The translations under genes were made by a program, and so were the position numbers. The notes beneath the pieces are model-generated. The model worked only from the letters and a program-made list of their open reading frames with translations. It searched no databases and was not told the DNA's origin. This document shows positions 1 through 9,604 of a stretch of DNA of 21,095 nucleotides, one piece after another; within the stretch, counting starts at the first letter, position 1; each line of letters opens with the position of its first letter. The stretch covers positions 1-21,095 of the forward strand of contig CAYFMJ010000014.1 of assembly GCA_964344235.1 (NCBI GenBank), given 5' to 3'. This DNA is from an uncultured Methanosarcinales archaeon. GTDB taxonomy: Archaea > Nanobdellota > Nanobdellia > Woesearchaeales > GW2011-AR9.

Positions 1-1
1 C

Positions 2-54
2 ATTATAACCACCAAAGTGGTTAATGTACTGTGTAGTTAAAACGGGATACTACA
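2..54 (-). repeat. Left copy of a 53-bp terminal inverted repeat, possibly the end/leader of a multicopy IS-like element pointing out of the window
   Basis: Positions 2-54 are the exact reverse complement of 21043-21095, and identity stops abruptly at 55. On the - strand it reads TGTAGTATCCCGTTTTAACTACA...GGTGGTTATA-ATG, with the ATG at 3-1. No transposase is visible in the window. Confidence 0.9.
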
Positions 55-70
55 GGTATGGAAAGAGATA

Positions 71-84
71 GAAAGCTTTATATA
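71..84 (+). promoter_or_regulatory. Archaeal BRE/TATA promoter of the small membrane protein gene
   Basis: GAAAGC-TTTATATA (TATA 77-84) lies 21 nt before the ATG at 106, a spacing typical of leaderless transcripts. Confidence 0.55.
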
Positions 85-105
85 GCAAAAAAAAATACTG
101 GGACC

Positions 106-261
106 ATGCTCAAAAGAGGTCAATTAGGTATTATTGAATTCAAGTATTTCATGCTTGGAGGCGTTATTTTCTTTTTCCTGGCACTACTATTAGTATATCT
201 TGGTAATGTTGGTGTATTACCGTTTAAGATACCGCTGGTGTGTCCTGTTGTTGCGCAATAA
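106..261 (+). CDS. Small single-pass membrane protein (51 aa) with a class III signal peptide-like N-terminus
   Basis: MLKRGQ is followed by a hydrophobic stretch (FMLGGVIFFFLALLLVYLG). The start is moved from 58 to 106 because the TATA box lies inside the longer ORF. Confidence 0.6.
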   Translation: MLKRGQLGIIEFKYFMLGGVIFFFLALLLVYLGNVGVLPFKIPLVCPVVAQ

Positions 262-351
262 GTTCTATAGGCACAAGAATAGAAAACGTTATAATAGTAG
301 AAACTGTTTCTGAGACTAGTTTTAGGTGTAACAATAAGGAAGGTGACGATT

Positions 352-927
352 ATGGATGTTGATAAAATTCAAAAAGTAAATAATATGGCGCTTGAACTTC
401 TGAAGCAGGGATTAGCGCAAAGTCGAGAAGAAGCTGTAGAGCAAGCAGAGAAAATTTTTAGTGGCCAAGATTTAGGTGGATTTGAGCGGGTGCTTGGGCA
501 GGAGTCAGCGGGCAGTGAGGCTGTAAAGGAAGAAGCTGCAGAAGTGAGTGAGCCAGCACAAGAAGCCGAAAGTGTTGTATTAGACGCTGCAAAGATTGAA
601 GAAATTCTTTCGCAGAACTCTGCGTTCTTGGTTAAGAAAATTCAAGAATTTCAAAGTAAAATGACTGATTTACAGAATGAAGTAACGTTTCTCCGTAATT
701 CCATGAATAATAGGAGTTTAGTGAATACTTCCGTTGCTGAAGCGGCGGCAGTGGTAGCGGCAGAACCTGAGCCAGTACAGCAAGAGGAACCAAAAGCAGC
801 CGAGACAAGTGCAGAACCGCAACAGACTGCACTTGCAGAAGAAAAGAAACAGAGTCATCCGCGGTCAGGAAATTACAACGAAGATGATGTTTCAATTGAA
901 AAATTCTTCTACATGGGGAGTAAGTAG
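352..927 (+). CDS. Hypothetical protein with a coiled coil and an Ala/Glu/Pro-rich linker
   Basis: ORF 343-927. The SD-like GGAAGGTGA (338-346) favours the ATG at 352. It has a helical N-terminus, a central coiled coil (LVKKIQEFQSKMTDLQNEVTFL) and an ordered-looking C-terminal motif (HPRSGNYNEDDVSIEKFFYMG). Confidence 0.8.
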   Translation: MDVDKIQKVNNMALELLKQGLAQSREEAVEQAEKIFSGQDLGGFERVLGQESAGSEAVKEEAAEVSEPAQEAESVVLDAAKIEEILSQNSAFLVKKIQEFQSKMTDLQNEVTFLRNSMNNRSLVNTSVAEAAAVVAAEPEPVQQEEPKAAETSAEPQQTALAEEKKQSHPRSGNYNEDDVSIEKFFYMGSK

Positions 928-932
928 ATAAC

Positions 933-963
933 TTCTACTTTTTTATTTCTGTTTTATTTTTTT
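933..963 (+). terminator. Oligo-T archaeal terminator
   Basis: Several T runs directly follow the stop codon at 927. Confidence 0.45.
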
Positions 964-983
964 CATTATGATTCTGCAATAAC

Positions 984-1035
984 ACTACTCTGGAACCTAA
1001 ATCAGAAAGGTTTATATAGAATAACTACTCTGGAA
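984..1035 (+). promoter_or_regulatory. Promoter of the surface-protein genes, with a TATA box flanked by a 12-bp direct repeat
   Basis: CAGAAAGG-TTTATATA (TATA 1011-1018) lies 24 nt before ATG 1043. ACTACTCTGGAA occurs at 984-995 and 1024-1035. Confidence 0.6.
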
Positions 1036-1042
1036 TGGAAAC

Positions 1043-2500
1043 ATGACTTACACAAAGTTTAGTAGCATCGTATTTGTGGTGTTTTTGATCTCGTTAATGA
1101 CAGCAACAGCTGCTGTAAATATTGTTGAAGATTCTGTTACAATTGACGTTGATTACCAGGATTTTAATGATGAAGATCTTGATACAATTGTACAAACGAC
1201 TAAAACATTCACTTTAGAGAATGATGCGACAGAAGAAGCTATAGTGACGATTTCTGTTACAGGTTTACCAGAAGATTATGGGACTGTTGAGAAAGAAGTA
1301 ACAGTGCCAGCGGCAACAGCAGATGCAGTAGGGACTGAAAGTGTAACATTTGAACTTGATGTACCGCACCAAGCAGATCCAGGCGAAGCTGACATTGGAA
1401 CAATCGTTGTTACGAATGCTGCAGGAACAGAGGAAGACACAGCATCACTTACACAGAACACATTAACAATGATTGAAATTACTAAGTTAGAGTTTAGTTA
1501 TACTGATGAAAAAGGAAAATCAACTGATGATGATTTTGATGGCGATGGAACAAGTTTTTCGTTCAGTGATGATGTAAAACCGTTTACTGAAATTGTAATT
1601 GAAATTGAAATTGAAAATTTATTTGATAATGATTACGATAAAGAGGGAGAATTAGATAGCGTTGTGGTTACGATTGACGCAAGTCCAAACGATATCTTCC
1701 CTTCAGGATTTGAGGAAGAGTATGATTTGCCAGACATCGAAGCTGGAAGCGAGGAGCAACTGACGGTCTCATTCATTATTGATGAGGACGCCGATCCTGA
1801 CGATTACACGTTTGAGATCACAGTGGAAGCAGATGACGGCGAGAGTATCACCTATGAATTAAATAAAGAAATCGATTTCAAGTTGGAGCAGGAAAAAGAT
1901 GACTTACGGATTATCAAAGCAGACGTTATTTCAACAGCTATTACTGCATGTGATGCAAGTTTTGCGCTTGATTTCGAAATGAAAAATTTTGGTTCGAAAG
2001 ATCAAGACTTTGGTGGTGTTGTTATCTACAATAAAGAGTTAGGTATTAATGAAAACATTGATAAAATTAAAGTTGAAGAACATGGGGATGACGACACATG
2101 GAGTCAGTTGTTTACGCTAAACTTAGATAATCCTGCAGTAAAGGAATACACATTAGATGTGCAGACTTTTGTTGATCAGGATGAGTTATCTGATGATATA
2201 TTACTGAAAGTGAACGTTGGGAAGTGTAACGGCGCAGTTGAGGAACCTGCAACAACTCCAGGCACACAGCAAGGTACGGAACAGACTGCAACTGTTGACG
2301 TTCCTGAAACAGCAGGGCAGGATACTACGACAACACAACAAACAGAAAGTGATGCAACTGTTGTAGGTTCAGGAGATGTTGTACAATCCATTGAAGAAGC
2401 ATACACTAGTTACGATATGCTTGTTGCAGTGTTCATCGTAGGGATTGTCTTAGTGGTTGCAATCATAATTTTACTAATTGCAGTACTATTAAAGAAGTAA
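1043..2500 (+). CDS. Acidic membrane-anchored surface protein (putative S-layer family, Ig/CARDB-like beta domains)
   Basis: It has an N-terminal signal peptide, D/E/T/V-rich beta-strand pattern, a T/Q-rich linker and a C-terminal TM helix plus KK. It resembles the C-terminal third of 2578-7824. Confidence 0.8.
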   Translation: MTYTKFSSIVFVVFLISLMTATAAVNIVEDSVTIDVDYQDFNDEDLDTIVQTTKTFTLENDATEEAIVTISVTGLPEDYGTVEKEVTVPAATADAVGTESVTFELDVPHQADPGEADIGTIVVTNAAGTEEDTASLTQNTLTMIEITKLEFSYTDEKGKSTDDDFDGDGTSFSFSDDVKPFTEIVIEIEIENLFDNDYDKEGELDSVVVTIDASPNDIFPSGFEEEYDLPDIEAGSEEQLTVSFIIDEDADPDDYTFEITVEADDGESITYELNKEIDFKLEQEKDDLRIIKADVISTAITACDASFALDFEMKNFGSKDQDFGGVVIYNKELGINENIDKIKVEEHGDDDTWSQLFTLNLDNPAVKEYTLDVQTFVDQDELSDDILLKVNVGKCNGAVEEPATTPGTQQGTEQTATVDVPETAGQDTTTTQQTESDATVVGSGDVVQSIEEAYTSYDMLVAVFIVGIVLVVAIIILLIAVLLKK

Positions 2501-2577
2501 TTTTTTAATTTTCTTTAATCAAAAAGAGTGGGAGATGTCTTTAACGATTACACAATCAGGAAGATGAGGGGGAAACA

Positions 2578-5500
2578 ATGAGAAAAACACAAAAGGTTCT
2601 AATTATTTTATTTGCTGTTGTTGCATTACTTGTAACGGCACAAGCGGCACTAGGAGACGTTGTCATCAATGAGGTTATGCCAAATCCGGCTGCCGTTGAT
2701 GATGCAGTTGGGGAGTATATTGAATTGTTTAATACAGGAGATGTAGCTGTGAATATTGATGGATATACATTAGAAGATTTTGGTGGTAACCCCCATACGA
2801 TTGATAATGGTGGAGTGTTAAATGTTCCTGCCAAAGGTTACCTATTACTCTGTCGTGATGCAGACGTTGCAGTGAATGGTGTACTTGGTTGTGATTATGA
2901 ATATGGAAGTTTTGATCTGGTGAATACGGGCGACGTTATCTTTTTGCATGAAAGTGCTGGTGGAGCAATTGTTGACTTCGTAGATTATGATGAGACATTT
3001 CCATTCTCTGCGGGAGTTGCAATGGAGCTTATTGACCCATCACTCGATGGTGAGTTAGTGGAAAATTGGAGAGCTGCTACTGTTGCATATGGTTCAGGTG
3101 ATTTAGGAACGCCAGGACAAGAAAATAATGTTGCACCAAATCTAAATGTTGAGGATAGAGTAGTTGAGGAGGACAGTGGTTTTGCATACTTTAATTTGCA
3201 GGAAGCGGCAAGTGATGAAGAGACGAATGACGAAGAATTGTTATTTTTCTTAGAATCACAAACTGGATCTGAAGTGATTACTTGTGGTCTTGATGATGGT
3301 TCGCATATAGTGAATTGTAAAACCCAGGAAAACCAGTTTGGAGAGAATGTCGTTACAGTTTCTGTTGTTGATGAAAATGGGGCCGAAGCAGTTGATACAT
3401 TTACAATTACAGTTAATGCGGTGAACGATGCGCCCGAAGTGGGAGAAGATGTTCTTACTGTTGATGAGGATTCTGAAGTAAACTTTGTTGATGTATTAGA
3501 TAATGATAATGATGTAGAAGACGGAAAGCCAACCGTTGTTTCAGTGACAGAAGCGACGAATGGAGTTGTTGGACTAAATAATGGTCTTGTCACATACACA
3601 CCAAATGAGAATTTCTTTGGCAGTGATTTATTTGCGTATACTGTACAAGATACTGAAAGTGAGGAAGCAACTGCCTTTGTTGAAGTAACAGTGATTTCAG
3701 TTAATGACGTTCCTGTAGTTGATGTAATTGATGATGTAGAAGTTGTGGAAAGTACTACAGAAACTATAACAGTGACGGCAACTGACGTTGAAGGAAGCGA
3801 TTTAGAAATTGATACTGCTTTATCCACAATTGATGGAGAAGCGTTTGAAGATTTATCATGGGTTACAGTTGATGGGTTGGGGTTTAAAGTTACTCCTGAC
3901 ACGGCAGGTTCATTTGACGTAAGCGTGGTTGTAACAGATGTGATTGATAGCTCAGAGCCAGTGAATTTTGATCTGGAGGTTGTTCCAGCGTTACAAATTG
4001 TTGAAGTGACAATTGATGGAGAAGTTATCAATACTGCAAGCTCAGCAAAGATTGATGTTACTGCGGGTGATGAGGTAACAGTAGCGTTTACGTATACAAA
4101 TAATTTAGATGAAAGTTTGTTTGGAGATTTAATTAATTCATGGTTTGGTGATATAGAAACGTTAGTCGTTAGTAATCCGGGTGTTCTTGTTGAGAACGCA
4201 AATGGAGAGAATGAATTGTTAACGACACCTCACCATGAACCGAAGAACCCAACATTAAAGAGTGGGGAGACGGGAGAAGTTGAACTGACATTTACAGTGC
4301 CAAAAGATATCGGACAGGATTCATTGAATATGGCTGTTTCGGTTAAAGGAAAGATTCTTGGAATCGAAACATATCAAGATGCTGCATCATTTGCATTTAA
4401 TGTAGGGTTTAATGTCGTTGATGTATATGTTGATCCAGAGATGACGATTGAGGAAGATCTGTTGATTTGCGATAGAACTGCAACGGTCCATACTACAATG
4501 ACAAATATTGGAGCTACACCAGTACTGCCAACCATCATGGTATTTGACGAACCAGCAGAGATTGATGCAGACTCTGGAATTGTAACAAGTACAGGCAATT
4601 TACTTGCTGAGAAACTTGTTCAACCAGGTTTAGCACCAGGGGAAACTCTGGAGGCGCAAGTTAATGTTGATGGCGGCTCACTAGCTGTAGGCGAACACAC
4701 TCTTTACGTGTATGTTGAAAGCAATTACTTCTGGAGTGAAGAAGCTGGTCATTACTTTGGTGGAGAAGGCAGTGTTGTCGTAAATGTTGAGGATTGTTTG
4801 AACACTGAAGCGATTGAGGCAGACTTGATTGTTGACAAGAACGAAGAGAATGCATTGTCACTTAATTTACTAGAGGTTGATGTGAGCAACGAGTATGAAT
4901 ATGTTAACGAAGAAATTGCTGGGGCTGCCGCAGTTGAATTTTCAATTGTGGAAGATGGACAGTCAAATGAAGAATTGATTTCATGTTCAATCGAGGACGA
5001 ACAGACTTTAGTATGTGAAGCACCGAAGGAAGATAGTGTTGGTACTTCAGAGATCACGCTTGGTATTAGCGCAAGTGGTTCTAAAGAGACATTTGAAGAA
5101 AGTGTTACTGTTACTGTCGCAACAAGCTTAGGTTTAACAGATGTAACTGTTAACGGAGTCAGCGGAGATACGCTTCAAGAAGACGGTGTCGTGGTTAAAC
5201 CGTTAGGGACGGTTGAATTGAGTTTCATGTTGGAGAATTCTCTGGAAGAAACATTAATTCAGATTGAAGCGATAGCCGTTGACACTAATGCTTTAGGTGA
5301 TGGGTATGAATTTGAATTTGATGAAGAAGATACTGTTACAACAACGGCACTAGCAGCGGGAGAGAGTACGAGTACACAAACAATTAGTTTCGTTGTACCT
5401 GGAAATGTTCCAGAGGGCGAGTATGAGGTTGGTTTAATGACAACAGGAGTAACGTTAGATGACGAATTATTTGGTGATCTGGTTGAATTCCCACTCCATG

Positions 5501-7824
5501 TTGTTCCAGAACTATCTGAAATTATCTTAACTGCAGAATTTGACGATGCTGATAATACAGTCTCATGTGATGCAACTGGAAATTTGAAATTTACAATCAC
5601 AAACACAGGAAGTGTTGAAGAAGATGATGTTGTGTTGACGTTCTACGACAATGGAGAGCAAATTGACAAATTAGAAGAGATGACTGTTGCTGTTGGGCAA
5701 ACATGGCAGGGAGAGCATGAAGTGACACTTGAAGAAGATGGTGAGCACACATTAACAGTTACTCTTGAATATAACTTTGCTGGAGATGAGGCTGCAAGTA
5801 GTGCAACTCCTGCAACGGCTGTTGTAACGAAAGAAGCTTGTTTAGGCGATACGTTCTCTCCGAAAGAGACCGAGGTTTCATTACAGGATGGTGTGACTCA
5901 AGAATTCTCAATAGAGACAAACAGTGCTATCTCACCAACATTAATTGCGTGGACGGTTACTGATGAAACTGGTGCAGTTACAGGTGAGAGTGGAGCTGTC
6001 ATTGAGGAAGGTAGTGGAACGAAGTTTTCATTTAGTTCATTACACGCTGGAGAGTTCACAGTGAAAGTTGTTGTTAATGGCAATGAAGCTGAGAGTCGGG
6101 AGTGGACCGTTACAGTTGTTACAGTACCGGTAGATGCTGCTGACTTTGGATTTACAGGAGAAGTAGCAGACCCAGCGACGGTAAGTGGTTTAGAATTATC
6201 ACAAAATGATGCGACAATTGTATTTACTGAATCTGTTGATATTAGCGATGTTGATTCATTTGCAGACGTTGTGACGTTAAGTAAAGTAAGTGCTGACAAG
6301 CGAGTTGTGGCTGTTGATTCAACAACAGCACCTGGCTTAGATAGTCCAGCAACAGTTACATTAGAGAACTTCCCTGATGGGGATACATCAATTACTCGAT
6401 ATCCTGGCTTTGGCGATGTTGATACGTTAACTGGCGGTGTTGATTGTATTGCAAGTGGTGCCTGTGTTATTACAAGCCAAGCTGATTCAACATTAACGTT
6501 TACTGTTGATGGATTCTCAACATATGTTGTGCAGAATGAACAGGCAGCAGATATTGAGTTGTCAGTATCAGAAGTTGCTTTCAGCGATGTTCACTTTAGT
6601 GAAACAACAACAAGCGCGTTTACGGTGACGAATGTTGGAACAAGCGATACAATCACGGGTTTAACGTTTGATACCTCAAGTATTGGAAGCGAATATGCTG
6701 TAGTAATAACAGATGCACCAGTAAGTTTAGATTCACAGGAAAGCCAAACAGTAACAGTTCAGATTACCGTGCCTGAAGATGGAGCGAGTGGAAAACATAC
6801 AATTGGTAATGTTGTCGTTTCGTGGGATGGTGCAGCTGAGAGTGTAACTCTACCAGTAACCATTTCTCCGGAGAGTTTCTTGAGTATCTCTAAAGTTGAG
6901 ATCAATGGTAAAACCTCAGGCGACTTAAAGATCGATGAAGATACTGAGATTGAAGTTGAAATTACCAATGATTACAGTGAAGACATGGAAGATGTTGAAG
7001 TTACTGTTACAATCTTAGACGTTGATGGTGATGACTTAGATGAAGATGATGAGATTGGCGATCTTGATGAAGGAGACGACGACACAGTTACGTTGAAGTT
7101 TGATCTGCAGAATGAAGACATTGATGAAGAAAAGTATACTATTGAGATCAAAGTTGAAGGTACAGCAGATGACGACACGGAACACGAAACAATCATCACG
7201 AAAGAAGTTGACGTGGACATTGAAAGTCATGCATTGACATTAAAGCATGCCGGCCTTTCAGTAGGAACAGTACAATGCTCAGCGTTAACAACGGTCCAAG
7301 TAACGGCATTAAACATCGGTTCAAAAGATGAAAATGACGTGGCAATTAGGGTGCGAAACAGTGCTTTAGGATTGGATTCGCAGAAGACCGGCATTGACAT
7401 CGATAAGTTTTTCGACAATGATAACGATTACAAAACGTCGTTTACGGTTGCAGTGGATAAAGATGTTGCTCCAGGAACATACCCCATTACTGTTGAATTG
7501 TTTAGAGATGATGATAAGCTTGAAGACAGCGAAGTTGTGAACTTAGTGGTCCAGGATTGTTTCACCTCACAAAGTTCAGAACAAGCTCAGAGTCAATTAG
7601 GTAGTGGTTCAGAACTAGCAGCACAATTACAGGCGCAGTTGAATGCACAGTTACAAGGAACTGTACAACAAGGAGCAGTACCCGTAGGGAATAGCGCAGC
7701 GAGTGTTACATCATCGTTCCGACAGAGTAATACGTACTTGCTATTGTTAGGATCGTTGGCATTACTTGTGTTTATTGCATTAATCCTAGCGATTGCAGTT
7801 GCTGCAAAGAGAAAGCGACGGTAA
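2578..7824 (+). CDS. Giant acidic cell-surface protein (1748 aa): lamin-tail domain, cadherin/Ig-like repeats, S-layer/CARDB-like modules, C-terminal TM anchor
   Basis: Signal peptide; LTD motifs (VVINEVMPNP...EYIELFN); cadherin-like motifs (VNAVNDAP, VTYTPNENFFGSDLFAYTV, ISVNDVP); Q-rich linker; TM helix and KRKRR tail. SD GAGGGG upstream. Confidence 0.85.
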   Translation: MRKTQKVLIILFAVVALLVTAQAALGDVVINEVMPNPAAVDDAVGEYIELFNTGDVAVNIDGYTLEDFGGNPHTIDNGGVLNVPAKGYLLLCRDADVAVNGVLGCDYEYGSFDLVNTGDVIFLHESAGGAIVDFVDYDETFPFSAGVAMELIDPSLDGELVENWRAATVAYGSGDLGTPGQENNVAPNLNVEDRVVEEDSGFAYFNLQEAASDEETNDEELLFFLESQTGSEVITCGLDDGSHIVNCKTQENQFGENVVTVSVVDENGAEAVDTFTITVNAVNDAPEVGEDVLTVDEDSEVNFVDVLDNDNDVEDGKPTVVSVTEATNGVVGLNNGLVTYTPNENFFGSDLFAYTVQDTESEEATAFVEVTVISVNDVPVVDVIDDVEVVESTTETITVTATDVEGSDLEIDTALSTIDGEAFEDLSWVTVDGLGFKVTPDTAGSFDVSVVVTDVIDSSEPVNFDLEVVPALQIVEVTIDGEVINTASSAKIDVTAGDEVTVAFTYTNNLDESLFGDLINSWFGDIETLVVSNPGVLVENANGENELLTTPHHEPKNPTLKSGETGEVELTFTVPKDIGQDSLNMAVSVKGKILGIETYQDAASFAFNVGFNVVDVYVDPEMTIEEDLLICDRTATVHTTMTNIGATPVLPTIMVFDEPAEIDADSGIVTSTGNLLAEKLVQPGLAPGETLEAQVNVDGGSLAVGEHTLYVYVESNYFWSEEAGHYFGGEGSVVVNVEDCLNTEAIEADLIVDKNEENALSLNLLEVDVSNEYEYVNEEIAGAAAVEFSIVEDGQSNEELISCSIEDEQTLVCEAPKEDSVGTSEITLGISASGSKETFEESVTVTVATSLGLTDVTVNGVSGDTLQEDGVVVKPLGTVELSFMLENSLEETLIQIEAIAVDTNALGDGYEFEFDEEDTVTTTALAAGESTSTQTISFVVPGNVPEGEYEVGLMTTGVTLDDELFGDLVEFPLHVVPELSEIILTAEFDDADNTVSCDATGNLKFTITNTGSVEEDDVVLTFYDNGEQIDKLEEMTVAVGQTWQGEHEVTLEEDGEHTLTVTLEYNFAGDEAASSATPATAVVTKEACLGDTFSPKETEVSLQDGVTQEFSIETNSAISPTLIAWTVTDETGAVTGESGAVIEEGSGTKFSFSSLHAGEFTVKVVVNGNEAESREWTVTVVTVPVDAADFGFTGEVADPATVSGLELSQNDATIVFTESVDISDVDSFADVVTLSKVSADKRVVAVDSTTAPGLDSPATVTLENFPDGDTSITRYPGFGDVDTLTGGVDCIASGACVITSQADSTLTFTVDGFSTYVVQNEQAADIELSVSEVAFSDVHFSETTTSAFTVTNVGTSDTITGLTFDTSSIGSEYAVVITDAPVSLDSQESQTVTVQITVPEDGASGKHTIGNVVVSWDGAAESVTLPVTISPESFLSISKVEINGKTSGDLKIDEDTEIEVEITNDYSEDMEDVEVTVTILDVDGDDLDEDDEIGDLDEGDDDTVTLKFDLQNEDIDEEKYTIEIKVEGTADDDTEHETIITKEVDVDIESHALTLKHAGLSVGTVQCSALTTVQVTALNIGSKDENDVAIRVRNSALGLDSQKTGIDIDKFFDNDNDYKTSFTVAVDKDVAPGTYPITVELFRDDDKLEDSEVVNLVVQDCFTSQSSEQAQSQLGSGSELAAQLQAQLNAQLQGTVQQGAVPVGNSAASVTSSFRQSNTYLLLLGSLALLVFIALILAIAVAAKRKRR

Positions 7825-7829
7825 TTTTC

Positions 7830-8393
7830 TTATATTTTCTTTATTTTTTCTTCTAATTTTTGTATTGTGTCCCAATTTTCTTTGAGTTTTGTATTGAGAT
7901 GATCGAGTAACCATTGTTGATCTCCTGCAAAAAGGGGGGTGTTGTCCAAGTAGAATGGCATTTCAATAACTGTTGAAGAACGAATTTCCACGATGATTTT
8001 CTTGTTCATGGTGAGGATTGATGATTTCTTGTACACTGTTTGTGCTACCTTTAGGAGAGAATTCGCGGCTTCGGCATCTTTACAGGCAACATGTAAAATA
8101 AAGCCCTCATAACGGAGCCAGATTTGACTGGTTGTGTTTTCTATGGTAAAAAAAGAATTGTTAATGAGGTCGTGGGAAATATTTATCCACTCTGTTTCGT
8201 TTTTCTTTCCCGCTGATCTGTGGAAGTAGACTCGCCCAGAGCAAGAGGAGGTCGTATAGTAGTTTCCTTTTTTGTTAATGGTGCTAATGATAGACTGTGC
8301 TTTTGCATCAATAAAGCCTTTCTTGGACTTATCTAACTTTGCAAGATAGGTTTTTTTATTGTTTTGAAAGTTCTTATCGGTGTGAGATCTCAT
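7830..8393 (-). CDS. taw3: tRNA wybutosine-synthesizing protein 3 (TYW3/Taw3) methyltransferase
   Basis: Hallmark D-x-S-x-KG-x-ID and YYTTSSCSGR motifs, plus ILHVAC. Confidence 0.9.
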   Translation of the reverse strand: MRSHTDKNFQNNKKTYLAKLDKSKKGFIDAKAQSIISTINKKGNYYTTSSCSGRVYFHRSAGKKNETEWINISHDLINNSFFTIENTTSQIWLRYEGFILHVACKDAEAANSLLKVAQTVYKKSSILTMNKKIIVEIRSSTVIEMPFYLDNTPLFAGDQQWLLDHLNTKLKENWDTIQKLEEKIKKI

Positions 8394-8443
8394 GGTTGAT
8401 TTTTGAGAGGAATATTTAAAAACGTTACCGTTACAGAAGGAGT

Positions 8444-9178
8444 ATGCGTGGAATTAAGAGAATTCTGATTGAACAGAAAACTGGGAAAAAGTATTTTGTG
8501 AAAGACTTGAGTGATGACTTTCATACATCTTCCGGGGTTTTAAGCAGTAAAGATCTGAAGTCGAAAAAAGGCATAGTGGAATCAAATACGGGTAAAGCGT
8601 TTGCTCTTGTAGAACCGCAATTTGCTGATTTATGGGGAAACTTAAAGCGAGGACCTCAAATTATGCAGCAGAAAGATATTGGTTTAGTGTTAGCACGGAT
8701 TGGCGTGAATGGAGCTTCTCGGGTGGTTGATGCAGGCGGCGGATCAGGGAGTTTGTGTTTATCTCTTGCTAATGTGTGTAAAGAAGTGTATGTGTATGAG
8801 AAAAACCCCGAGCATTATGATGTTGTAGCAAAGAATGCTAAGTTGTTTGGTATAAAGAACATTGTGTTAAAGCAGGAGAATGTCTACGACGGTATTGCTG
8901 AGAAGAATGTTGACGTTGTAACGTTAGACTTGCCTGAACCATGGAGGGTTGTTGGCCATGCAGAGAACGCGTTGAAGCGAGGAGGCCATTTGGTGGTGTA
9001 TCTGCCAAATTTACACCAAGTAAAGATGTTTTTGGATTCAACACGGCGGACTGCAATTAACGTAGTGGAGATTGTTGAGTTATTACAGCGATCGTGGAAA
9101 ATTACAGATAAGATAATGCGGCCAGAGTTTGAGATGTTAGGCCATACAGGATTTTTGATATTTTGCAGGAGGTTTTGA
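8444..9178 (+). CDS. trmI: tRNA (adenine-57/58-N1)-methyltransferase
   Basis: RGPQIM..KD, SAM motif DAGGGSGSL, LDLPEPW and C-terminal GHTGFL. Confidence 0.92.
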   Translation: MRGIKRILIEQKTGKKYFVKDLSDDFHTSSGVLSSKDLKSKKGIVESNTGKAFALVEPQFADLWGNLKRGPQIMQQKDIGLVLARIGVNGASRVVDAGGGSGSLCLSLANVCKEVYVYEKNPEHYDVVAKNAKLFGIKNIVLKQENVYDGIAEKNVDVVTLDLPEPWRVVGHAENALKRGGHLVVYLPNLHQVKMFLDSTRRTAINVVEIVELLQRSWKITDKIMRPEFEMLGHTGFLIFCRRF

Positions 9179-9181
9179 GGG

Positions 9182-9604
9182 ATGATTAAAGTTAAGAAGT
9201 TAACGGAGAGTGCAAGATTGCCTTCATACGCTAATCCAAGAGATGCGGGTATGGACTTTTATGCAAGTGAAACAATAACACTACAGCCAGGAGAGCGGAG
9301 ATTAGTACCGACGGGGATTGCTATGGCAATACCACAAGGGTTCGTTGGTTTGTTATGGGATAAATCAGGTGTTGCAACAAAATTTGGAATTAAAACAATG
9401 GCTGGAGTGATCGATGCAGGTTATAGAGGCGAGGTTAAGATTCTTGTGCATAATCTTTCTGGTGTTGAATACACGTTTGAACAAGGGATGAAAGTTGCAC
9501 AGATGCTTATTCAACCGGTTGAACAGAGAGAAATCGTAGAGAGTGAAGAGTTAGGCGATACTGAACGGGGAGAAGGGGCATTTGGCAGTACCGGATTACA
9601 TTAA
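9182..9604 (+). CDS. dut: dUTP diphosphatase (trimeric dUTPase)
   Basis: dUTPase motifs AGMD, DKSG, GVIDAGYRGE, AQM and RGEGAFGSTG. The stop codon overlaps the convergent gene's stop (TTAA, 9601-9604). Confidence 0.95.
   Translation: MIKVKKLTESARLPSYANPRDAGMDFYASETITLQPGERRLVPTGIAMAIPQGFVGLLWDKSGVATKFGIKTMAGVIDAGYRGEVKILVHNLSGVEYTFEQGMKVAQMLIQPVEQREIVESEELGDTERGEGAFGSTGLH

Noticed and set aside
58-105. Longer start for the small membrane protein
   Set aside because: Contains the TATA box and an A9 run, so it is likely promoter sequence.
2985-4031. 348-aa antisense ORF and other Ser/Thr-rich antisense ORFs across 1276-7418
   Set aside because: Shadows of the acidic, Val-rich sense genes; no motifs, and they fully overlap well-supported CDSs.
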